Source of the DNA: Octopus sinensis
Taxonomy: Eukaryota
Assembly (NCBI RefSeq): GCF_006345805.1
Contig: NC_042999.1
Location: forward strand, 80,662,001-80,726,000
Length of the DNA stretch: 64,000 nucleotides
Direction: 5' to 3'
Position 1 is the stretch's first letter, and every line of letters begins with the position of its first letter. Positions 38,761 through 51,640 of the stretch are shown here, piece by piece. A program made the position numbers and the translations under genes. Under the pieces are notes generated by a model that worked only from the letters and a program-made list of their open reading frames with translations, was not told where the DNA came from and ran no database searches.

Positions 38761-40559
38761 TATAAAGTATCCTTTAATACTAGTATGCAAAATGTATAAA
38801 GTGAATCAGACAAATATTTCACAGCCAGTTGAAATGTCTGTTTTTTCTCCGCTGTCACTTTTTATTTTATGAATGTTCATATTCCTTATTTCTGATAATG
38901 AAGATGCTACATAATTTATAAATGCTGTTATTATTTTCATACCATGAATAAAAGTTTTGATATTAATTATTTATATTCTGAAAATCTAGTTGTCCAGCAA
39001 TTATATTTCTCTGAATTTGTGTTGAAAAGGAAAGAACTTCATGCAAAACCGGATCTAACCATTTAAAATACACAAGAACTATTCAATTTAATTTTCGTTT
39101 ATTTCTTGACGTATCAAAATATTCGGTCACGTCCAGTGACACAGTTCCACTGCGACTTAGTATCACTGAAAGTGTGTGTCCACCTTTTATGCCTTATTGG
39201 TCCTACGAGCTAAATACTTACTAGTGAAACCAACGTGCAAACGTTTGATATTCTACTCAAGTACATTTAAAGCAATTCTCAAGTCAAGCCTGAGTGTTAC
39301 AACATGACACTGCAAGTAAAATCTAAACAGTTACAAGAACAGACGAAGTACTAGAATATCCGTTCTGAAAAAATGAAAGTTAATTTGATTTTAACGGATC
39401 TGAATAGAGAATGTAGCAAGCGGTCAAAATACTACAAGGTTTACTATTAGACACTTCCAAGTCGGCAAATTCACCGGCTCGCAAGCTTAATATTTACTAA
39501 TAGTTATAAACGTGGGTAAGCTGTTCTGGGATTCTTACTATGGATTTGACAAAAACAAAAACTGCTGTAGCTGCTTAGTGCAAATATTGTCGCTGCAGCT
39601 ATTTCTAATAATACTAAAAATAGTGCAGGTATTATCTTACAGACGACTTAATCAATTGTGTATACAGAACATAGGTACTACCTGTATGAATCTCTCTCTC
39701 TCTGTATTATAGTATCTTGATCAGCGGCGCTTGAAGAATACCACAGTAGGCTATATGGGCAATAATTACTTAGTTTTATCTCATGAGTAGATATCTCAGC
39801 ACTAATCCGTGTCTTCACACATTTCGATCTAGATACTGACTTCGATTTCATTCCGCTTACAATCCTTTCTTTAACTACATTCCAAATTTTCACTCCCTCC
39901 CTCTTCCTTCAATTCGGACTCCACCCAAACTCTCTTGCTATCTCTCTCTCTCTCTCTCTCTGGCTTTCCTTACTATTTTACGTCCATTCTCTTCTTTACT
40001 ACTACCCTCTTTCTGTCTTCTCTCTTTTGTCTGTCTGTCTCTCTGTCTCTTCTGGTAAGAGTTACGACACCTCCTTGCGAGAGATAGACTTTACGAGAAA
40101 AGTATAAATAGTAATGATCCGAGTGAGTTTAAGGTTGAGAGTTCGGAGTCGAGTGTAATTTGTGTTAGTTCGCAGTGAAGTCGGAAGTTGTCGGTTGGTT
40201 AGTTCACAAGGATTATTGATTGTTGGTTCGTAAAGAGATTTGTTAGTTCGTTACATTGTTTTCACTGTTGTCTGGTTATCTTATTTCTTGTACGTAACAA
40301 ATTACGTTAGAACACTCTCCTTCTCTCTTCCTTTGGTGAAACACTTTCTAACTTCCTTAATGAATTTCACTTTCCTCATTAGATCTCTCTGCACTCTAGA
40401 AACTAACTCCTTTGTTATGTTTAGGTCTTCCGCTTTCATTTTTTTCCTTACACGTAAATCTCTGCTTTTTATCTATTCGTTTGCAAAAATGATGGCAACA
40501 ATTTCACTTTTTCCCTTACTTCCACCAAAAAATTTAGTTTTGCCGTAATATTTTATACT

Positions 40560-41330
40560 TTATGCCTATCGGCAAATAAGTATTTTTTACTTTTCCAATA
40601 ATTTTGTCGAAAAATCAACTCCGAAACAAGGTGGTTCAAAATCTTATAATTTTTATTTCGTACTCTGTCATGAGTGGATTAGTATGTATATCATGTTAAT
40701 AATATTACACATTGTGTATATTAGATACCATGTAGAGGATGTTATACAAATTGATTCAATGTTTGAAAATGGTAAACCGTTTGGAATTCTTTAGATTTGG
40801 GGAATTCCTTTACACGGAAGGGGTTCCAGTTATTTCCTAATCATATCTGACTTCGTTGAAGTAAATAGATTTCGAATATTTTTCTTTCATTTTTAACTGA
40901 CATTGATCTTGATGTCAATACATTGTTGAACTATGTGGTGGTTGGAAGAGAATTGTTATTTTCAGCTGGGAATAGTAGAAATAAACAGTGATATTTATGA
41001 GACTTTTGCAGAAAGGTAGTTTAAAACCAAAATTTGCATGTCTTTTATATGACTATCTCTTTATTCAGTACGCTTCAGGAAAATGGAGAGTTGTTCCTTA
41101 ATCCTAGTGTTTTTAACGTAACGTGATACTAAAAAACCTTCGTTTAATGCTATCCGAAATACATGTGTAGATTCGTAGCTTATATAAGATGAACTATTCA
41201 TTAGCTTTTTATATGGATTATATGTATTATCTAGCTCTAATGGAATGACAAGAAATATAACAATGCAACTGTTGACATTATATAGGAAGAGGACATTATG
41301 TATGTCCTGTATTTGTCTTCTGTCGTTTTC
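40560..41330 (-). mobile_element. Old degraded Penelope-like element
   Basis: Minus strand IFLVI.LEL...YKKLMNSSSYISYESTH...G..SRYVKNT resembles the PLE RT thumb; CNIINMIYIL resembles the start of GIY-YIG. Confidence 0.45.
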
Positions 41331-41875
41331 TATGGAGCGAGGAGGCAACGCTGTCATATTTCTAGAGTTCACTTTATAAGCCAGTCTGTGGCAATCTTTT
41401 AAGTAAAAAAGAAAAGAATAAAGGCATTATCAAAATAACTTTGCCCACCTCCACACAACAAAAGATTGAAATAAACAGAAAAAACAAAAAAAAAATCTAA
41501 TGTATATTATATAAAACTTTGTATCGCAGAATCATAGAGATAGAAAATGTAAAGTTGCAGAGTGAAATACAAACTTCATAACAGAAATTATATGAAGTTT
41601 GCAAATAAAATCGTGTTTTTAATATTTGATGATTTTACTGTCTATATCAGTGTTAAATATTTCAGGCAATTTATGATTACAAGTAGATTTTGTTGTTTCG
41701 TTCTTGGTTAACTGTCTTTGTAGAGACTTATTAAAAGTGTTCAATGCATAATAAACTTGTTTTTGCCAGGTATAATACATGTTACTTTTATTATAAATGC
41801 TATTATATACACACACAAACACACAAAACTCACACACATATACACACATATATACACATACGTATATGTATATAT

Positions 41876-41921
<46 letters not shown>

Positions 41922-42239
41922 TATATATATGTATATATATATATATATGTATATATATTATATTAAATTAGAGATAAAACCACTATTAGGCAAATCAAAC
42001 ATATATATATATATATATGTCTGTGTGTGTATTATCAAAAACTTTTTAGATACATATTGTTGCCATAATTCTCTTACAAAACGCTTTTTATCATATTTAA
42101 TGTAAAATTGCCAGTAAGTTTTTATATATAACATTGAGATATTTGGGAGAAAACAGTAGATTAGTAAGTCTACAATACACACATAGAAGGATAGTGTGTA
42201 CGAAATTGATATTATATATAATCTAACAGTTTAAAGGCA

Positions 42240-42392
42240 CAATTGTGTCTGTTGGGTAAGGCATTTTGGTTCATACATGCATACTCGCAGGGTCAAGTTC
42301 CATAGCATATAAAGCAAGTGTTTTGTTTTATAGCACTGAGCCAACCGAAGTCTTGAAAGTGAATTTGTTAGATGGAAACTGAAAGAAGTCTA
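42240..42392 (+). mobile_element. SINE family 1, 5' half (diverged)
   Basis: gcaagtgt...gtgaatttgttagatggaaactgaaagaag. Confidence 0.6.
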
Positions 42393-42394
42393 TT

Positions 42395-42510
42395 ATTCAT
42401 ATTATTTGCAATCTTTATATTCGGCGGATATGTCCTCATATTGTTTGTTATTAACACGACGTTTCGGCTGATACACCCTTCAGCCTTCTTCAGAACCTGG
42501 GTTCTCATTT
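42395..42510 (-). mobile_element. Family E tail fragment with intact hammerhead core (42454-42493)
   Basis: Minus strand CTGAAGA-A-GGCTGA..TCAGCC-GAAA-CG-TC^GTGT; homologous to 33561-33690; 5' strand of stem I lost to a deletion. Confidence 0.75.
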
Positions 42511-43107
42511 TTACAGATATATACAGTGAGTGAGGTGGGGGAGGGAGAGAGAGAGAGACAGTGCAGATATGGGTCTAATCATTTGATTTCCAATCTTGTT
42601 TTGAAACTAAAGCTGTTTCATTACAGTATATTCGCATGCATCTACACCACATTACACTAAGTCGACGGTGACCATGATCAGATCGTTCGTATACAGTGAA
42701 ACCTTGTGATATTAAATACTACATAATATTTTATGAAATACAGGAAAATTGGATCTAACTGTGTTTATGTACCTTAAAACACTATGGCGATACTACTTTA
42801 ACGTACGTTCCTTATACAGATAGAAAGAGGGGGAGGGAGGGAGAGAGAGAGAGGAGAACGAGAAAGCGAGATGCTGTACAAAGCAACATCAATCAGCACT
42901 ATATTGCAAAGGAAATAGACAAAATGTGGTCGGTATCAGTCATTAAAATAACTAACAGATACCAGTTTTATACATTACAAACATGTAAATGCAAAGAATT
43001 ATGTATCATACTTCATAAACATGGACATCTGTATACTCATCTGTATATAGTTGTGAGGTATATGTATATGCATGAATGTATATTTTATATGTCCATATAT
43101 ATGTATG

Positions 43108-43144
<37 letters not shown>

Positions 43145-43348
43145 ATGTATAGGTGTATATATACACACACACATATATATATGTGCGTGTGTGTATCTAT
43201 GTATGTGTATGAAATATACACGCACACACATATTGATATATATATATAAATGTATATGCATGTATGAATGTATGTACGTATATATGTATGAATATTTGTC
43301 TCTCACTCTCTTTCTCTCTCTGTACACACACATACACACACACACACT

Positions 43349-43364
<16 letters not shown>

Positions 43365-43387
<23 letters not shown>

Positions 43388-45676
43388 CCATATACATACG
43401 TATATAAATGTATGTATATATATAGATAGACATGTGTATTATACATTTAAAAAATATATACGCGTATATATAGATATATCATGTTCTGATGTACGTTAGG
43501 TTTTATATATGTACACACATACACACGCACACACACACACACGCACACACATACACATGCACATAAACACATATGAATATACGTAGCTATTTATTCAATG
43601 TAATCAAACATAGGTGTAAGGTTTTCTCTTCGTCTGTATATGAAACATTTTATTCACTTTTTCAAAAGACAATTGTCTTTGATTTGATATTGCTGAAAAT
43701 AAGATACCATAGACAGAATATGTAATGTCAAACGAATACGTTTGAATCATCGTACTTTCATTTAACTTTATGTCTGAAGCAATTGCAGCGTCATATTTAG
43801 TGCAAATCTTACATACATCAAATCGTATCCATTGTTTGATCTATACAAATTTTTCACATTTGCATTCCTGCTGTTTGGGCAGTTAACTACAGATTTTGCA
43901 TTACGGTATATTACCGCTATAGCTGTTTTATTTTACTTCACTTTTTTGTTCTATAATACCAAGATATTGAGACATAATATCCATGACAAAAAAATAGTTG
44001 CTTTCAAAATACCAGAAATCAGAATGTATACTTTTGTCATTACTCTTCCGTTTTGTGTAGAAACATTGCAACATCTCTGGACGTTGATTGCGATATATAT
44101 ATATCTAGTCAATCCAAATAAGAACCAGCAAGAAAAACCAACAAAGCTAAGACGTGGAAGTATGTGTTATTGTACGTTGAGGAAAGGAAGGAAAAGAAAG
44201 AGGACTTCATGTTTCGAGCGGCTCTTCATCAGAAATATAGAAACAGTCCAAAGAAGGGAAGACGGAGGAACAAAATCGCCAACAATACACGCACACGCAC
44301 GCGCGCACACACACACACACCACACATATATATATATATATATATACATATATATAAACACTGATACAAAGACATACACATGATTACATATACATATACA
44401 TACATACACACACACACACACACACGCACACACACATATATAAACATTGATACAAAGACATACACATGTATACATATACATACACATACATACACACACT
44501 CAACACACACACAACACACACACACACAACACACACACACACAATATATATATATATATCCATATACATACGTATATAAATGTATGTATATATATAGATA
44601 GACATGTGTATTATACATTTAAAAAATATATACGCGTATATATAGATATATCATGTTCTGATGTACGTTAGGTTTTATATATGTACACACATACACACGC
44701 ACACACACACACACACGCACACACATACACATGCACATAAACACATATGAATATACGTAGCTATTTATTCAATGTAATCAAACATAGGTGTAAGGTTTTC
44801 TCTTCGTCTGTATATGAAACATTTTATTCACTTTTTCAAAAGACAATTGTCTTTGATTTGATATTGCTGAAAATAAGATACCATAGACAGAATATGTAAT
44901 GTCAAACGAATACGTTTGAATCATCGTACTTTCATTTAACTTTATGTCTGAAGCAATTGCAGCGTCATATTTAGTGCAAATCTTACATACATCAAATCGT
45001 ATCCATTCTTTGATCTATACAAATTTTTCACATTTGCATTCCTGCTGTTTGGGCAGTTAACTACAGATTTTGCATTACGGTATATTACCGCTATAGCTGT
45101 TTTATTTTACTTCACTTTTTTGTTCTATAATACCAAGATATTGAGACATAATATCCATGACAAAAAAATAGTTGCTTTCAAAATACCAGAAATCAGAATG
45201 TATACTTTTGTCATTACTCTTCCGTTTTGTGTAGAAACATTGCAACATCTCTGGACGTTGATTGCGATATATATATATCTAGTCAATCCAAATAAGAACC
45301 AGCAAGAAAAACCAACAAAGCTAAGACGTGGAAGTATGTGTTATTGTACGTTGAGGAAAGGAAGGAAAAGAAAGAGGACTTCATGTTTCGAGCGGCTCTT
45401 CATCAGAAATATAGAAACAGTCCAAAGAAGGGAAGACGGAGGAACAAAATCGCCAACAATACACGCACACGCACGCGCGCACACACACACACACACACAT
45501 ACATACATATATATATATACATATATATATAAACACTGATACAAAGACATACACATGATTACATATACATATACATACATACACACACACACACACACAC
45601 GCACACACACATATATAAACATTGATACAAAGACATACACATGTATACATATACATACACATACATACACACACTC

Positions 45677-45715
<39 letters not shown>
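43365..45715. repeat. Tandem duplication of about 1.17 kb bounded by (CA)n/(TA)n
   Basis: Near-identical blocks offset by 1172-1174 bp, for example 43832 versus 45006. Confidence 0.9.
44100..44290 (-). mobile_element. Family F short element with degenerate minimal hammerhead (44205-44235); duplicate at 45274-45464
   Basis: Minus strand TTT-CTGATGA-A-GAGC-C-GCTC-GAAACATG-AAG. Confidence 0.55.
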
Positions 45716-45730
<15 letters not shown>

Positions 45731-45744
45731 GTTACATATGAGAG

Positions 45745-46380
45745 ATTCTTTCAGTTTCCGTCAGCTAAAATCCACTTACAAGTCTTTGGTTGACTCGAGG
45801 CTACAGCAAAAGTCACTTGCCCAAGATGCCACGAAGTGGGACTGAACCTTGAACCATGTTGTTGGAGAGTAAGTGTCTTACAAGGCCATCTGCAGCCATG
45901 CTACCGCACCACTCTGAAGAATTTCACTACAACAAATCAACTCCAATGCTTATTTTCAGTAAGCATTGTTCTTACGTCATCACCTTCTTAGATCGAGCCG
46001 CTAAGTCACGGCTATGTAAGTACACCTTCACCGGTTGTAGGGAGGTAGTGGGGGACAAACAGAGATACATGCATACGTGAATATAAGCCATTCACACACA
46101 CACAAACACACACACACATATACATACAACAAGCTTCTTTCAGTTTCTATCTATCAAGTCAACTCACAAGAACACTTGCTAATTGCTGGTATTGATCCCA
46201 GTACCAGTTACCCATTGGAGTCGATAATCGACTTAATCCGTTTGTCAGTTCTTGTTTGTCCCCTCTGTGTTTAGCCCCTTTTGGGTAGTAAAGAAACAGG
46301 TATTGATCCCGGAATAATGAATTTGAGGAGAAAACGTCTTACCACAAAGCCACCAATTAATTGCTGGCATGGACGCAGTG
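45745..46380 (-). mobile_element. Cluster of SINE family 1 fragments
   Basis: ttctttcagtttc, cacttgcccaag and gccatgct..gcacc reverse-complement matches. Confidence 0.7.
46200..46298 (+). mobile_element. 5'-truncated SINE (family-2 body, LINE-like tail) with 12-bp TSD
   Basis: TSD GGTATTGATCCC at 46188-46199 and 46299-46310. Confidence 0.75.
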
Positions 46381-46564
46381 TTTCGATTTGCAGCCATAAC
46401 ACTGTACCAAGTATTTTAAAGTTTTGGACACCAATATTATTCCTACCTTATGTTTGCAGTGGGGTGCATTCACTTCTAGGTATATCTCCACAGATTTATT
46501 ACAGAATTCGGAGCACCACTGCTAGTTAAGACGTTTCGTAATTGAATACGTCTATGTACGTCTC

Positions 46565-46765
46565 GTAAACTATATGTTACTTGTTTCAGTCACTAAACTG
46601 CGATGATGCTGGGTCGCCACCTTGAAGAATTAAAGTCGAAGGAATAAAGACCGTAGCATGATTTTTGTAATCCTGTTACTTGTTCTATTACCTTTGTGGC
46701 GAACCGCTAGATCACCGGTACGTAATCACACCACTATTGGTTCTCAAGCGGTGCTGGGGGACAAG
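46565..46765 (-). mobile_element. SINE family 1, 3' half (diverged)
   Basis: ttacttgtttcagtca...gaaccgctag..caagcggtg.tgggggacaa. Confidence 0.65.
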
Positions 46766-46971
46766 TAATATGATTGTGAATGGTCGATGGATTAGATATG
46801 GTATAGGTGAAAGAGCAATAAATCAATATGTATATGTGGACATTACCTATTTTCCCTTGTTCGGTCGTGTTGTTTACATAGAAACGCCGTAACTTGCTGT
46901 GCAGGCTCAGAGTTCCATAGGTATTTTATAGAGATAAACTCATGTATGTGTATACATAAATATATATATAC

Positions 46972-47046
<75 letters not shown>

Positions 47047-47239
47047 GTAATACTAAGCAATAAAGGGTTTAGCAACGAATTGCCTTACCACATACCGAAT
47101 TTAGAAATAGCAGTCAAAGAGTTATAGCTATTTCTTCTACTAAAAAGGAAGATCTCAGTAAAAACAGCAATTGGAAGGCAGACACAAACAGGTAAGAGAG
47201 AATGAATTGACGGCAATCTATCATACAATTTTAAGTTAT

Positions 47240-47337
47240 CTACGGACGCACGTTTCGAAATCAAGTTTTTAGGAAAGCATAAGAATTAAATATTAAATAA
47301 TTCTACCTTACCAAAACTTCTTTTCTGTTCAGCGTAG
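47240..47337 (-). ncRNA. Hammerhead-like motif with long stem II and atypical C8
   Basis: CTACG-CTGAACA-GAAA..AAGTTTT..AGAATTA/TAATTCT..AAAACTT..TTTC-GAAA-CGTGCG-TC^CGTAG. Confidence 0.65.
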
Positions 47338-47832
47338 AATACTATAATCATAAGTGATTATATATTGAATTTTGAGATACTAGAAGGCACCAACTCAACT
47401 CAGTATCAGAGCGAGCTAGAATCCGCAACTAGTATCCCCAAATTCAAAGTGTGAATGAAAAGATTGTGTCACCAGCCCCTTCCCACCCGCGTGTAGCCAA
47501 AACAAGATGCTGTGGTCATCTACTGAGATAAAATATGGTTATCCGTAATAATGAAGGGTGAAATTAATTAATTTGGAATAATTATCAATTACACCAAGTA
47601 GTCTTCGGCATGTAAAAGCCTCATTCGAGGAAAATTTAAGTAATACTAAGCAATAAAGGGTTTAGCAACGAATTGCCTTACCACATACCGAATTTAGAAA
47701 TAGCAGTCAAAGAGTTATAGCTATTTCTTCTACTAAAAAGGGAGATCTCAGTAAAGACAGCAATTGGAAGGCAGACACAAACAGGTAAGAGAGAATGAAT
47801 TGACGGCAATCTATCATACAATTTTAAGTTAT

Positions 47833-47930
47833 CTACGGACGCACGTTTCGAAATCAAGTTTTTAGGAAAGCATAAGAATTAAATATTAAATAATTCTACC
47901 TTACCAAAACTTCTTTTCTGTTCAGCGTAG
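47833..47930 (-). ncRNA. Second copy of the family G hammerhead-like motif
   Basis: Identical to 47240-47337, offset 593 bp. Confidence 0.65.
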
Positions 47931-48306
47931 AATACTATAATCATAAGTGATTATATATTGAATTTTGAGATACTAGAAGGCACCAACTCAACTCAGTATC
48001 AGAGCGAGCTAGAATCCGCAACTAGTATCCCCAAATTCAAAGTGTGAATGAAAAGATTGTGTCACCAGCCTCTTCCCACCCGCGTGTAGCCAAAACAAGA
48101 TGCTGTGGTCATCTACTGAGATAAAATATGGTTATCCGTAATAATGAAGGGTGAAATTAATTAATTTGGAATAATTATCAATTACACCAAGTAGTCTTCG
48201 GCATGTAAAAGCCTCATTCGAGGAAAATTTAAGTAATACTAAGCAATAAAGGGTTTAGAAACGAATTGCCTTACCACATACAATTATGTATATATATATA
48301 TATATA

Positions 48307-48363
<57 letters not shown>

Positions 48364-49021
48364 ATACGTATGTATATATCTATGTGTGTATTTGCCTGTG
48401 TGCATATATATATATGTATGTGTATGTGTGTGTGTGTATGTATGCTATTCGAATTTCCAAGCCTCTCGATCAAAGATCTTCAGCTGGGAGAAAAACCTGT
48501 AGATTTTATCAGACGATTCATTACCTTGCGCATAATATATGAATCACAGATAAAATGTGAGATAAAAAGAATTTGAGACGGGAAGAGAGAGAGAGAGAGT
48601 AAGAGAGAGAGAGAGGGAGAGGGAGAAAAAGGAGAGAGTAAGTAAGAAGGAGACAGGGACAAATTTGGATGAGAGCAGGGCGTATTCAATGCTTGATTAT
48701 TACTTTATTTTATCTGTCAAGGAAGGATGCGAGTAAAATCAAACGCGGCACAATTTAGACTTTCAGATCCTAAAGAGGTAGATCCTAAAGAAGTAGAACA
48801 ATCTATTTGATGCTCTAAAGACCCTGGTAATTTACACGGCGCTATATGTAACCTAATGACCAAACAATATTAATTTGAAAACAAAAATAACTTATAAATA
48901 AGACATATAACATATCTGCACACAAAATACACTTTAAATCCTCATTCACAAAAATACTCACGTTTACGTACATGCACGCACTTTCAAACACACATACACA
49001 TATGTGTGTGTGTATTACATG

Positions 49022-49097
<76 letters not shown>

Positions 49098-49127
49098 CAT
49101 AAATACATTTATCTATGCATATATACA

Positions 49128-49745
49128 TCTATATATATAAATATTTGACATAGGCGATTCTTTCTATTCTTGCGATTCACGGTCAAACGGTTGGGTGGAA
49201 TTGCGCAAAAAATTACACAGATGTGTAGAATGATCCATTCGTGATGCTGGGCTTTGTATTTTTCATAGCTCCCATGGTTACCGAGATAATCTACTATAAT
49301 ATTATTCTTGTGTTTATGAATGGGAAAGGAAGGAGTGATACATGAATAAGGAAGGAAGGGGTCGTGTCATAATTTTTCATCGCTGCCATGGTTACCGAGA
49401 TAATCTAATATAATAATACTCTTGTGTTTATCAGTGAGAAAGGAAGGGGTGGTACATGAATAAGGAAGGAAGGGGTGATGTCATACTTGGTAGTGTACGC
49501 TGAACTTAATAAATCAAATTGCGTTTCAACTCTGCAAGAATATGTGTTTGTATGAAAAAGGGTGTGTGCATGCAATGGAAGTGGGATGGTTCATCTTTGT
49601 TCGCTTAGTATTTGGGTTTCTTTTTTTGATTTGGTTGAATCTTGGTTGGTTTTTCTTGTTGGTCAGTTATTTTTAGTGTTTTGACAGAAAAATCATTCTA
49701 AAATTGTTTTTTTAACGTAAGCGTGCACAAACAAGTCGTATGCTT
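49128..49745 (+). mobile_element. Possible non-autonomous Helitron with internal tandem repeat of about 114 bp (49255-49490)
   Basis: Starts A|TCTATATATATAAAA; ccatggttaccgagataatct at 49272 and 49386; 3' end not found. Confidence 0.35.
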
Positions 49746-50053
49746 AAACAGAATTCTAAAATAGAATATATATATATGTGTGTGTGTGTGTGTGTATGTG
49801 TGTGTGTGTATGTGTGTGCATTACTATATTATATATATGATATTCCTTGAGTGCACAGTTAAATGTGTTTACTACTGAAAATTGTATAAACTGCATCTTG
49901 TATTTAATCAAACTTTTTCGATATCACAGACACACGCATACACATACACCCACCCACTCACGCATACATATATACATACATACATACATACATACATACA
50001 TACATACATACATACATACATGCATACATACATACATACATACATATACATAC

Positions 50054-50092
<39 letters not shown>

Positions 50093-50093
<1 letters not shown>

Positions 50094-50255
50094 GGGAGAA
50101 TTCACAAAAGAAACAACGACGAAGACAGATGGTGTAGACAACAAACAGACGTATTAGTTTAACGCTCGGGAAGTGAAAAAGTCTTTAAAGTTTCGAGCCA
50201 ACGCTCTTCCACGGAAACAGGGAGAGAAAATATAGAATGTGTAGCTGCTAGCGAT
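50093..50255 (-). mobile_element. Short pLTR-like element related to family F, with a decayed hammerhead
   Basis: Minus strand CCGTGGA-A-GAGC(gttg)GCTC-GAAACTTTAAAG at 50181-50218. Confidence 0.45.
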
Positions 50256-51469
50256 ATATATGTACAGCTATTATGAAGCCACTTGTATATAAACCTAATC
50301 AACGCACAAATTTGTAATTCGTTTATACCTAGTAAAACAAATATCACTGAATGTTAATACCAGACGTGGCGTACAGACCGGATATTCGCGAAGCCAAACA
50401 ATTTCTAAAGAATTCATGAGAGAATCGGGGAAGAATAAAAATTCAACAAACAGTAATTCAAAATATACGGAAAATAAGTAATTTAATTACTACAAACATT
50501 TGTATGTTATGACTAGTAATCTAATGTTTGCTTATATATAATTTAACAAAATAAACACCAAGAGACCCACGTGTGCTGGGCCAAAAGTTTAGAATTCTAT
50601 TTTTGAATTCTGTTTATATTTATGAACAGCAAAATAAGTTACCAACCACCTGAAAAAGACAATTTCTTGCCTTTTACAAGGAATAGCATATACGTCGTTT
50701 GCATTAGATATAGTTGTTGTTGGCTTACGCATGTTTCCCTCTACGTTAACTGCCTTAGCTTTCTTTATATTGCTTTTTTCTTCCAGTTCTATTTTTTGCA
50801 TCAAACTTTCAATTTTTTTTTTCATTTTAACACTGCCCAGGTTCATTGTTTTTAATGTATATATAACGAAAGCCAAAGCCTGAAATATTGCTTAGAAGCA
50901 CATGCATAAAGTATTATAACAGAATGAAACTATTAGCAACTGTTTCGATTGTGTATTAAACCGATATTTATCTCTTACTTTTATCGATTCTCCCCTATAT
51001 ATATATATAATTTTTTTATCCATTTTCCCCTTCGAACTAGATACTTCAATGTCAGTCCATATGTTTTGTTATATATAACACAAGTTTAGCAGGACTTCTA
51101 ATTTTAGTCACGAGATATTAGTATATCAATACCTTAAACCTCACTCTATTTGCGTCTTGCTCCATGAGCAGGTTATATGTCATTTCGTGTTAAAACAAGT
51201 CTTGTAATTGTAAGAGCATTCTTTATACATCGTCGTGTATGCGCATGAATATATATATATATATTATATATATATATATATATATAATATAAATATGTAT
51301 ATCCATATATACATACATATATGTACATACATACACATATATGTATATATATGCATATATGGGTGCAGGACGTCACAAAACGTAAACAACATGAAATACG
51401 AAGACAAACTTGGGTATGCGAACAACGAGAGAAGCAAAAGGAAAACAAGACAAGTAATACAAACAACGA

Positions 51470-51640
51470 CAAGTGTCTTCTGCTGTAACCTCGGGCCAGC
51501 CAAAGCATTGTAAGTCGATTTTGTAGAGGGACACTGACAGAACCCGTCGTACACACACACATATATATGTGTGTGTATACATGTATGTATATATATTTAT
51601 GTATTTGTCTCTGTGTCTATGTTTATTCATCACTTCATCA
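51470..51640 (+). mobile_element. SINE family 1 fragment
   Basis: caagtgtcttctgctgtaacctcgggccagccaaagc, shared exactly with 53645. Confidence 0.7.

Larger units (their letters stand above)
47047..48281 (-). mobile_element. Retrozyme/pLTR-like tandem repeat family G, 593-bp unit, about 2.1 copies
   Basis: gtaatactaagcaataaagg at 47047, 47640 and 48233; embedded in (TA)n. Confidence 0.9.

Noticed and set aside
39700-40230. Possible solo LTR
   Set aside because: No TG..CA pair, TSD or second copy could be established
43832-44383. 183-aa hydrophobic ORF
   Set aside because: Runs through a repeat element and microsatellite; its TTG start codon is not conserved in the duplicate; no recognisable family
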